Below are positions 11,701 to 23,700 of a stretch of DNA of 64,000 bases, piece after piece. The notes below the pieces were generated by a model. It was not told the origin of the DNA and ran no database searches. It saw only the letters and a list, made by a program, of their open reading frames with translations. The translations under genes and the position numbers were made by a program. The DNA comes from Podarcis melisellensis (lineage: Eukaryota): the NCBI GenBank assembly GCA_964234715.1, contig OZ174286.1; one strand, written 5' to 3'. The first letter of the stretch is position 1. Each line of letters begins with the position of its first letter.

Positions 11701-14700
11701 TATGGGGGCAGTGCTGCTTTTTTCCTCTTTCCTCTGCTGCCTCCATTCTCCTCCTTTCCCTCTGCCCCTCTTAATTTTTTTAAAAATGTTCATTACCACC
11801 ATGTCAGCCCCATTTGCTAGACACTTGGACTTTGAGAGAAGGCCAAAGGCAGGGGTGGCACGTTCCATTTCAGTGCTCTGAAAATGTATAAAACATTTAT
11901 TTTCTGCCTTCTTGGTCTCCCTTTCTTTCTGCTGTTCTTCTAGTTTTATTTTAACCTGCTATTACAACGAAGGTGTGCAAATTAGTTTTTGCTTTTTTGG
12001 GGGGAGGGTTCCATAGTCAGGAAGCCATAACTGAAGTTTCAATCATCCCAATCCCACTTAAAGGATGCTAGGGACTTGGGTTTGATTTATTGGGTCTCTT
12101 AAATTTGTGTGTGTTGGTGCTTTATTGTACACCTGTACATCTTTTCTGTACACCTGAGTGAAATTTGAGCTAGGTACAATTAGTTATTATTTATTTATTA
12201 CCCACCCTTAAGTCCATAAAGTAAGTATATTTTTCAATAAAAACTGAAAAGTAGACTGCTCAGAAGTTTTTAAACTTAAAATCACAAAATCATAGAATGG
12301 TAGAGTTGGAAGGTACCTGAGGATCATCTAGTCCAACCCCCTGCAATGCATGAAAATGCAGCTGTCCCATATGGGGATCGAACCTGCAACCCTGGTGTTA
12401 TCAGCAACATGCTCTAACAGGCTATCCAGGAATAAATTCAAATTATTTTTCTTAGAGGTAGAATTGGATCAGCTAGCAAAAGAAAAAAGAACTGTGGACA
12501 GATATTTTGAAGAAGTTCCAATAGAATTCCTGCCTTCAGAGGTTGCTGCTTTAAGTACACAATATGAGGGTGAGTGGGAAGAATATAATATAGTAGGATT
12601 AACATATCTGATGGTATTGTTTAACAAAATCCAAGAACTTATACAGAATTGTTTGACCCAAGGATATAACTGGGGGTTTTTTCTGAATGAGGAGCAGTCA
12701 CAGGAATAAGACTTGTAATATATTGTAATATTACAGTACATTGTAATAATAATCTTTGCAGAACAAAACCCCCAGAAAAGGGTTGTTAATATATTCCACA
12801 AAATGTGGTAAAGATCACTGGTTTAGAGCTTAGATAGTTTTAAAGGATCGAGGAAAGAATGAATAAATATATTCACCTACATATTCCTGAGCTCCTGATT
12901 ATTAATATGTAACAAGTAGCAAACTCTTTCATTACGATCAGCAAGGGTGAAGTCTCTTTTGCAGGAAGCATTAGCACCAGTAGCCCTCCTCTCAAATTAC
13001 ATACTGCATTTACTTTAGCCCATGGAATTCATTGGTTGTCAGACTCAGAACCAGATGTATCATTAGGCAGAATAAGACAACCATTTCAGGTGACAGATAC
13101 TTTGGGGGAGGGGTGAGAACACGGATGCAGCAATGCCCTAGCTGTCCTCTTCTGTTGGTGCGTGGCTTTGGAATGACCTGCTGCATCATTGTGTAACCAA
13201 AAATCATGGTGAGACAAATTGCTGTTTTATCAAGGAACTAATGCTTGATTCTTATTACGTCTGAGCAATCTGAGCTGAACAAATTTATATTCCAAACCAG
13301 GTTATGTTGTCATCATGTCTAACTTGGCGTTCGAAGAAAATACAGTCGTACCTTGGAAGTCAAACGGAATCCGTTCCGGAAGTCTGTTTGACTTCCGAAA
13401 CGTTTGGAAACCAAAGTGCGGCTTCTGATTGGATGCAGGAAGCTCCCACAGCCAATTGGAAGCCGCAGAGGCCCTGTTGGATGTTCAGCTTCCAAAAGAA
13501 CGTTAGAAAACTGGAACACTCACTTTCGGTTTTCGATTGTTTGGGAGCCAGAAAGTCTGACTCCCAAGGTGTTCGGGAGCTGAGGTACATCTGTACTGGA
13601 GGCTAGCAACCCAATGATTCTATGCAGTTTTCTACTTTTATGAAAAATAGAGCTAGTGAATAGGTATTACGGTCCAGTCGACTCTCATCTTTTGTGCAAG
13701 TTATGTTCTAGGGATAGCATGTAAAGCCAAAATGACATATAGTCAAAACAGCCCTTTAAACACCAGAAAATGGCTTGTAAAAAGCACAGTGCAGCATTTA
13801 CTGGTTCCTGGTGACTGCATTACTTAGTCTGTGCACTCTCTAACTGTACTTCTAAACACTCTCTCTGCACCTCTGAACACTCCCAAGGTGAGTGCAATGA
13901 AGGGTGGGATTGCTGATGTTTTCCCTGCAATACCCACCCACCCCCTTTTCCCCAGCCAAGCACGTAAAGCTGAATTCACACCAGTTTAATGTGCATAAGT
14001 TGAGAGTCAGCTTTGTAAGAAATCTAACATTCTTTATCTGGTGGAATTGCATGCAGAATGTGTTTGACATGTACTGGGTCCACCTTCAGAAAATTTTCAA
14101 AACTTGTACACTTTTTTGTTTTGTGTAACTGCAATTTACTCTACTACTTCTGGCTGTGGCTTTCAGAGACTCTGAAATATAGATAAGCCCCTGTGATCCT
14201 ATATAGTTCCTGTGATTAAGTATACATATTTTATTTGTTTTATCTTATAGATGAGAAATCATTAAAACGAAGGGCTTTGGCTGCAAAATTGGAGGCAAAT
14301 ATAAGAGATCTTCAATCTGCTCTTCAAGTAGATAAACTAGAAAAACCTAAATTTGAGAGTGAGTGCAAAGGCAAATTATATAGCAGACACATCTTTTGCT
14401 CAGAAAATAGTTAATTACACAGTCTTTTGTCCAGGGCTTTTTTCAGCTGGAACTCACTGGAACCCTTCTGGCCCCTCCCAGTTCTGGCCCCTCCCAGTTC
14501 TGGCCCCTCCCAGTTCTGGCCCCTCCCAGGTGTGTACCATTGCCTTTATAAGAGAACAAGGAAAGCACCTTTTTCTAGAAAAAATACACTGCTTTTGTCA
14601 ACCAATAGATAAAACTATAAAACATGGTTAAACGATGTCCCACAGTCATCAGAGTGTTGGATCAGTTGCAACAGGAAACCATCTATGTCAGCCCTTAAAT

Positions 14701-17700
14701 GCCTGCTGAAAAATTTGTTCTACCAGTTATAGCTTTCCACAATGGTTAATTGTTGTCTCCTGTTATCTTTGTTATATTATTTTTATTATGCTTAATGTAT
14801 TATTGCTATAAACCACTTTTATACTCTTTCTTTTTATGATATAGCAGTATATAAATATTTTATAAACAAATAAATAGAAATACTTAACTACAAGAATGAG
14901 TTGCAGCAAGCCTCTTGCTTGTGCATACTGCCCTTCCCCTTTCACACTCACAAGGTGGAACTGCTCATGGGTGTGAAGCACAGTGATATCAGAACTCAGG
15001 GAACTGTAAACGTATCTTTACATATGTTTTCTAAGCATGGTTAAATTCAAGTGTTCTCATCTGTGGATGCTGACTTGAGTCGAAAAATTATGTAGAGTGT
15101 TTACATACATTTATGAGGGTCGCTCATTAAAGATTTCCCCTGACCCACTTCCGGTTATCGCAGGAGGATGAAATTGCACTTATATAATGATACATCTCTC
15201 CACAGGTAACGTGGTAATTTGTAGCTCTGAACTCCTAACAGTTGCTCTGCTACAGGTGCTAACGTGGAGTAATGTCTGATAATGGTACCAGTTGAATGCA
15301 GAGTGGTCATCAGCATCCTGTACTTGAAAGGGTGCACACCACGGGAGCTATCTGATGAGATGAAAAGGACTTATGGGGAGGATGCCCCATCGTATGATGT
15401 AGTCAAGCACTGGCATTGCCTGTTCAAGTGTTGTTGGACTTCGGTGGAAACTGCTCCCATTCCTGGGTGATCACAGTCTCCCATTGATGAAGACACCAAG
15501 TGGAGGCCACCATTTTGGAGGATTGCTACATAACCGTTCACCACCTAGCTGCAGATGTCAAGATCAGTGTGGGCTCTGTAGAAAAAACCCCATCCATGAC
15601 CATTTATACATGGGAAAGGTGTCCGCACGGTGGATTCCCCGGCTGCTGACGCCTTTCCAGAAGCAGGAACGAGTCACATGCTCACAGGCTCTTTTGGCCA
15701 TGTGTCACAAACCCATGATGACTTCTTTGCCAGACTAATTACTCAGGATGAAACATGGGTCCATCATTATGACCCAGAGACTAAATCCCAGTCCAAGCAA
15801 TGGAAGCACTCTGTTTCACCACTTCCAAAGAAGGCACATGTCCAACTGTCAGCGGGCAAGGTCATGCTCATGGTCTTTTGGGACTTTTCCATTCCACCTT
15901 TAGTTGCAGACATGGAACTGTTGCATGTCACATGTCTGTTTACGTTCCAGCACAGCTTGCTGGGAACTTCCATTGTGTGTATAGCTTTTGCTTTTCACTG
16001 TCTCTCTGAGGAGAACAAAGGGAAGCGACATGTTTTCTTTGTCCTGATTTATGCTTAATAAATCTGCAGCTTGTAGTACGTTTCCACAAGCCTCACACCT
16101 GTTCTGTTTGCGCAGTATGCATCTGCTAATATAGCGTGCTCAGGCTTTTGAATTCTGAGTCGCTGATTTACATCACACCAGAGATCGGGGGATCATCACG
16201 GCTGGAAAGGCATGATCCAGCTGGGAGCTAGCCAGCTGGCATCTCGACCCCCGAAGGATGCCAACACATGGAGCAGTGGTGATGGATTTCCTGGTAAAGG
16301 GTGCCACAATTACCAGGACATACTATGCTTCACTGCTGCAGAAATTGAGGAAGGCCATCAAAATTGAGGGGCATGGTATGCTGACCAAAGTTGTCCACCT
16401 CCTGCAGGATAATGCCCCGGTTCACAACTTGCATGTTTCTCAGACGGAAGCACAGTCCTGTGGCTATGAAGTCCTTCCTCCCCCCCCTTATTCTCCTGAC
16501 CTCACACCATCGGACTTCCACCTCTTTCCAACCATGAAGTTATTTTTGAAGGGCAAGCATTTTCCAGACGATGAAATGCTGATTTCTGAGGTCATGTTAT
16601 GGCTTCTAACACAACCTGCCAACTTCTACAGACGAGGTCTCCACAGCTGCATAAAACAATGGGGGAAGTGTGTGAATCTTGCTGGTAGCTACATAGAGAA
16701 GGACTAATAACTGTGCCCAGTTAAGTTAAGGGACACAGGTGGCGCTGTAGGTTAAAGCCTCAGCGCCTAGGACTTGCTGATCGAAAGGTCGGCGGTTCGA
16801 ATCCCTGCTGCGGGGTGCGCTCCCGCTGCTCGGTCCCAGCGCCTGCCAACCTAGCAGTTCAAAAGCACCTCCGGGTGCAAGTAGATAAATAGGGACCGCT
16901 TACCAGCGGGAAGGTAAACGGCATTTCCGTGTGCACCAGAGCAGCGATGTCACACTGGCCATGTGACCCGGAAGTGTCTCCGGACAGCGCTGGCCCCTGG
17001 CCTCTTAAGTGAGATGGGCGCACAACCCCAGAGTCTGTCAAGACTGGCCCGTACGGGCAGGGGTACCTTTACCTTTTACCTTTAAGTTTGTCTCAGTCCA
17101 AGGGAAGTACATCAGGGGAAATCTTTAATGAGCGCTCCTCGTATATACACACATCTAAAAGGTTATGGAATGTCCTCTGGGAACCAAAGGAGAAAGGAAA
17201 GGCTTTTTACCATGAATTCCTGTTACCATTTTATCTTGGAGGGCATTCCACCCACCACTGTATATTCCAGCAGACTATGGTTATCCTCCTCAGGCTTATA
17301 CCGTTGTATACATTTCAATGAAGTAGGGAGGGATTCCTGGGAGAGTTTCTTTCTGGTTTGTTTCATCTCCTGTCTCCTGTTCCTTCAGCTGTTCAGTATT
17401 GTGCTTCAGTTATGACCTCTCCTTCAGGTTTTTTTTATATAAAAAAAGATATTATGGCTTCTTTTGTTCTTCTATTCTGGTAGCCCTTCCCAGATTGGGA
17501 AGATGATCCACATTTTTGGATCCTGCCTGCTGTCCACAGGGAAATACTATCTTGAAGGTTCTGGAGTGTGCTCCAGGAGTCACAATGAACAGGAATTTAC
17601 AGGAAAGCCTCCCTTTCTCTACTTCCTCAGCTGCAGGTTTATCTGCAGGTTTATTTTATACTTTGCATTGATGAAGCTGATGTATGTTCTATTGTAGCAA

Positions 17701-20700
17701 AAGGAAGAACAAAATAAAAAAGTTGAAATGTAATAGTAGAGAGGTATTAAGTGGCTAGCTGTTTTTAGTCAAGGTTTAATGGGTCTATCTTGATTGAACA
17801 TCACGAGTGACTTCCTCCTGCCTCTCAACTCTTTCATTTTCAGCATCTTATTTACTTTGTCTTTTCTTTTGGGAAGGATTCCACATCCTGGGGATTGGAT
17901 GGGGGATCAGTTAATCTCTTCAGTGCTACAATGAAGCAACTGGAGGTCACATGCAGCAGCCCAAACCCAAGATGTGGTGTGGTATCCTGTGGCCACAATG
18001 GCTCTCACCATATGAATCTGTATTGCTATGATATCAAGTATTTAAATTCTCCACAGCAGGGTTAATCTACAAGTGGAATATTCAACTGCTGCAAGGGACT
18101 GCAAGTTTTGCAACATGGTTGTGTTTTTTAGGGGGACGGGAATTGTATATTGGACCTATTTCATCTTATTCTCTCCATAACATGCAAATAATCTCTCTCA
18201 GTACCAAAAAGCGTTTTACGGACAACAGGCAAACGGAGACTTAGTTCACTTGAGCCATCAGATCAGCTCGCATTGAGACCACAACTTTCAGGGCTGCAGA
18301 TACACATAAGTAAAGTACCTGGTAAGTACAAAACGTGTTATCTAAAGTATCGTGTGTGCTTCCAAGGATGCTCCTTATACTGTGCATTATTTGATATGGT
18401 TACTGAGGACCCGAATGAGGACCCGTGACGGTGGCAGGAGAGCAAAGAACTCTGGGAACTCTAATCTTCTCTGTCAGCTAAGTGTTTTTATCTTCAACAA
18501 CACTTTATTTTTACTTCTTTACTCTTCCCTCCTATATCCTTTCACTTTCTAGTATTGTGTGTATGTCCATTTTCAAACTTTACTCCTTTGTTTTCTTTCC
18601 TCCGCTGAGGTTAAATAAATAAAAACACACACACACAAAAAAACCCCCACCCCTCCTGCTTCCCGTTTTGCTTTTGCTTTCCCTTCTCATTTCCTTGTTT
18701 CCTCTATTTGACTGCAGGCAAGGCATTTTGTTGTTGTTGTTTTACTACTGATTATTTTGGATCCTTGAAGTGCCAATGGTTTTTCTATCATGCAACCATT
18801 GGCCTTCTCAACTGTCCTCTTCCATTACCGGCTCCTTAGCAACGGTTGCTGCCTCGTTCCCGTTGTGCGATTCCTCAGCAGCGTGTTCTGCTTTGCACAC
18901 AGTTGCCTGTTTATAACAGCTGGTGCCTGGCAAAACATTACATTTCACAAAAGGGTGGGATATTATGCAGTTGCAACAAAAGAATAAGGAGAATGTTGTT
19001 TGTGATGATGATATACTCTCAGATGTTTTTCCCTAGAACAAACATTGAAGGCAGGTTGAAAGATTAATAATGAGACAAGGAGTGCATCATCAAATTTCTT
19101 GCTTCATTTGGTTCTAATTGTCCATTTGAAATATATATATATTAGAATGCATTACTAGGTGTGTTTTTAAGTTTGCTTTATTTGCTATGTATAAATATTA
19201 TTGTGTTGCCTTGAATGTCTATTTTGATATGAGTAGAGGAATATAAATGTGAAAAGTTTATTTACACATTAAACAATATAACATATTCAGAAAATTAGCA
19301 TGATCTTACTGAAAGTGGTTAAAAGTGTCTTGTATAAAAGTAATATGAAATTGCAAGGCTGCAGTCAAGGATTTTTGTTGTTTTTGTTTTTATCTTTCAC
19401 TTAGTGATTAGTTTGATTGAAGCTGGACATTTAGGTTCATGAAACAGAGTGCATGTTTGTAATATGCCTGTTCACTCTGAACTCACACTTATGAAATCTA
19501 TGCTTGGGCACAGCTAGCTTCAGAAATTTCTAGAATGTAGGCAAAGTTATTGATGTTTAACCTTCTCTCACACAAAGGAGAGGTACTTATGCCTTAAGAG
19601 GTGGGGGTTTTGCCTTCCTTCTTCTCAAGCCTCTTCAAGCCACTGTGTGGACAGATACCATGGGGTATTGCAGTTATTGAGGTCACTGGCAACTATGTCA
19701 CAGCCACTAAATGTCAGATAGGAGACCAGATGGATCTAGTCGAGAAAACTATCAAAGGGGGAGGAACCTGGTAGAGAAAATAAGAAGAGACAATGGCTGC
19801 AGCAGTGGTTCAGTTCAGAATGACCATTTTGCAGACATGGAGCACTCTATCCCATGTTCTCTCCTCTCTGGATAAATTATCCTGCTATCAGCATTATGAA
19901 CAGTGTAGACTATCGTCTTGGGACAAACCTGATATGGTGCAGTAGACCAATTCATCCTAGACAGATTATTCAAAGTGCCCATTATCATGATAGTAGAAAT
20001 TATTCAGATGTCCAGGAGAATAAGCCCTCTGGTGGAGATTGTAGTTAATTGAACAGCAAAATTATTGTTGCTCCTTACGTTTAGTCAGAATTTCCTTTCT
20101 TGTAACTTGAATTCATTGATTTGGGACTTATCCTCCAGAGCAGGAGAAAACAAGCTTGCTCCATCTGCGATATGACAGCCCTTTAGATATTTGAGGATGG
20201 CTATCATATCTCCTCTCAGTCTCCTCTTTAACTGGCTATATTGCTTTGATATATTCCAATAATCTTGTCACAGTGGATAATCTAGAGAAGAACCTTGCCT
20301 ATAATTTGTATAATGTAATTCCAACCCCCACCTGTGGAGCCAAAAATGAAAGCCTATACAGGTAGAGAGATAACAGAGACTGAACTGAGGAAGAAGATTT
20401 GAAGATGTTTGTTTAATATTTGTAGGCTGGTAGATCTTTTGTGAATATAGTTCACTGGAGAGATCCCCTCTGCTATCACGTTGGTTTTTCAAATTACTTG
20501 AGCAATTTTCTATTTTTAATGCAGTTCCATTAGTTAAGGCTCTGTTTGGCGTCTGCTGCTTTCAAAGTTATCAGCTGGATGATTGCCTGAGGGAGCAGAA
20601 CAGTCTTCACTGCTTTTTGGATACACATCTGTAAATTACACTGAGCTATGGGTTACAACTCAGTTGCTTTGGACTGGTACTATAAATAAGTCAAAGGACA

Positions 20701-23700
20701 GCTTACCTATCAGGATCCAGCTGACTATAGTAGAAAATCATTTTTCATGTATGGAGAAAACTTATTTGTGTCAACAGTTAACTTTATGTATGAATATTTT
20801 CCTCCCCATTGTGCAATGGGAACATATAGTGGCAAACAGAATCAAGCGTGATAGCAAAACAGTAGATGCAGGATACGATACGACAGTCCAGGAGGAGCAA
20901 GACCAACTTCTAAGTAAGTCTTATACATGCTTACCATGCTCCCATGTAAAATGGGACACTGTTGAAAATCAACTTTAAGGAGGTAATGCACATTTAACCA
21001 TAGCCTTTATTTTGACAAGGTATTAACTCCACCCTTTAAAACATTTATATCATTAGGATAATATTGGGTTGAGGAATTTTTGAATCTGATGGGTGGTGGT
21101 TGAACCTTTTAGATAAACCACCATGTGCAGTCCCTTCTACAACATGCACAAGATCAGTGGGTATAAGAAAATCTACTGCATCCTGCTGCTAAAATTATGT
21201 GTGCACATGGTACTTACTCCAGCCAACAGAATCTCAAGCATATAGAAGGCACATAGTCCTGATATCACCTGGTGGGGATTTGGTACTGACAGCACTGTGG
21301 GAAACTTAAACATTTCCAAGGTAAATTATTAACTGTGCTGTTGAAGGACCACATATTTTGACAGAGAACAAATATTCAAGAAAATATGAAATAACATATC
21401 CATTAGTCATGCAAATATTACTGTGCAGTTTAAACCTTATTTTATAGATTAAAAACAAATTACTTGGTATCTTGTATTCTTTGCAATTTATTGGTTGTGA
21501 ACTGTCAGTTGTTAGGCTTTATATTAATAAGCCCTTTTCTGTGTCTGTCTTTGCAGAGAGGGACATAGAACTGGCATTAAAAGGACGGCATCTGGAAGAA
21601 TTTCCAGAGAGCAAAGTATCTTTGCCACAATTGGATAGTTCTTCTTACCTTCATGCAAATTCACATAGACTTGCTTGTAAGTAATGATTAGTATACATGA
21701 TGGGATATGGGCTTGATGAGTGAGTAAAATATGGGGTCCTGATTTAGGTAGAGAACAATAGAGTATTAAGACCAGTCAACAGACAACCTGCCAGACAAGT
21801 GTAGATTAAAGCATTTTATTATTTAGCAAGAAAAATTTGACAAACATCCTCCTCATACTACCAAAGCTTAAACATTTAAAAGGAGAAGACATTTTTACAA
21901 CTCTGGAGGTGGAACCTCTCAGTCAGAAGAGCTTAAGACATACATTTCATAGTTTCAAAGCTTCTCTAGACCTTGGCTTGATGATGCCAAACTTTTAGTT
22001 TTCAAGTTTGGATCTCACCTCAACCAATCAGATTCTGCTGATGGTGCAGAACTGGCTAACCTCTCCTATTTTTATGTCTTAGTCTGCTTGTTAAGACCCT
22101 TGCCTCCATCTGATTACTTAACATACCATATTTCATATCCTGTCCAGAAAAATATAACAAACACTTCTAACTTCACTAGATCAATTTGAAATTCATCCTT
22201 CCCCCTTTCCAGAAGCATTTAATCACCAGACAAGCTGAAACTTTCAATACCATTCACAAATTTGGTAAATGTAAAAGCCTAAAAGCAGTTAGCAAAGATT
22301 ACCCACCTGCAGTTTTGGATAGTGGATATGCAAGAAAAAATAAATGTTTTTAGAATGTTTTTTGAATTAAGTAAACAATTTGTTTTGTTTCAGTGGAGGC
22401 TGCAATGCAAGAAATATTAGAGTTTAACAAGAATTTACTTCCAAGCCATAGAACAAACCTGCAACAAGCATTGCATCTTGCAAGTTATCAGTTACAACAA
22501 AAACAGCTACAACAACAACATCAAGCCAATGCGCTTGGTAAGGAATGGGTTAATTGTGTACAAATATGGCATTCAGACTCTTTGTTACATTTCCATTTAC
22601 CCTGTGAGTATGCTGTTATCATGAATTATTTGATTATTTTAATCAAATTTCTGTGCAAATATTTTAAATTACTTACATCTTTTTTTTTTTTAAAAAAAAC
22701 CACTTTAAAGTAACTTTTCCTGATTATTTGAACTGGTGTCTTCCTGAATACACCCTTGCATCTCATTGCAATGTGATTTTTAAAATTTCTAAGTTATTTT
22801 TTAAAACAGAGATGTTAAGATGTCTTGATGTTAAGATGTTAAACAGAGATGTCTTGATTTCTCACTGTATTTTATTCCTCCCATCTCCATTTAAATATTG
22901 TCCTATGTCTTAGAATGCATTACTTTCAAAGACCACCCAGTGCATTCATAATCATGATGATACCTCCCTCTAGATCAGTAAGCTTTTCATAGGAAGGGGT
23001 GGGGGGTGCCCTGTTCTCCAGACTGAATCTGCCTGGTGCGCAGTAGAGTCTTTTCAAGCTCCCAAGAGCTTGACTTTTCTGAGCTTCTTATCCCTCACCA
23101 GCCCAACACATCCTTAACATGGATGAGAGGCCATTTACATAGGGATGGGAGGGGGCAACTGTTGATCCACAACTTGAGTGAAAGCTTTGTATTTTCATGG
23201 CTTGGGGCAGATACATGGATTGGGCTGTGTGTGACAGCATAGTTACAGAAAGACAAACTGTGGCAAGATGCTCAGGCCTGCTGCAGCCTTCTCAAGTACT
23301 GCTGCCATAATAAAGACAAGACACAGCAACACTGAATAGAAGGGCTGTTTTAGTGTTCGTCCATTTCACTCCTATCCATATAGGGAAGGCAAGGGCCAGG
23401 GCCAGAGAGACACCATCTCCTCAAGGAACAAGTTCTATGATGGCACACTTTCTAGCATTCATGGAAAGACCAGAAACCTGCAATGAGATGAGCCAGAGGT
23501 GCAGATCTTTGGGGCACTAAATTCATGTGAAGTGGGGGACATGAGACACAATTTCATTCTGCCAACACTACTTCCTTTTTAGTTTATGGGGTTTATCCAA
23601 TGGAATGGGTGTTCACCCTGTCACGAGAAACTAGACAGGAGCAGACTTGTGGCAAGTAGGCTGGACTCCCTCAGTTTTTCCTCCTGTCTAGACACAGACA

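Larger units (their letters stand above)
15114..17141 (+). mobile_element. Full-length decayed mariner transposon with nested insertions
   Basis: TA TSD; about 30-bp TIRs; transposase motifs WIPRLLT, TQDETW, QDNAPVH, YSPDLTPSD. Confidence 0.95.

Noticed and set aside
16730-16810. tRNA-like A/B boxes (also at 31201, 39360 and 46310)
   Set aside because: They are Sauria SINE heads, not tRNA genes
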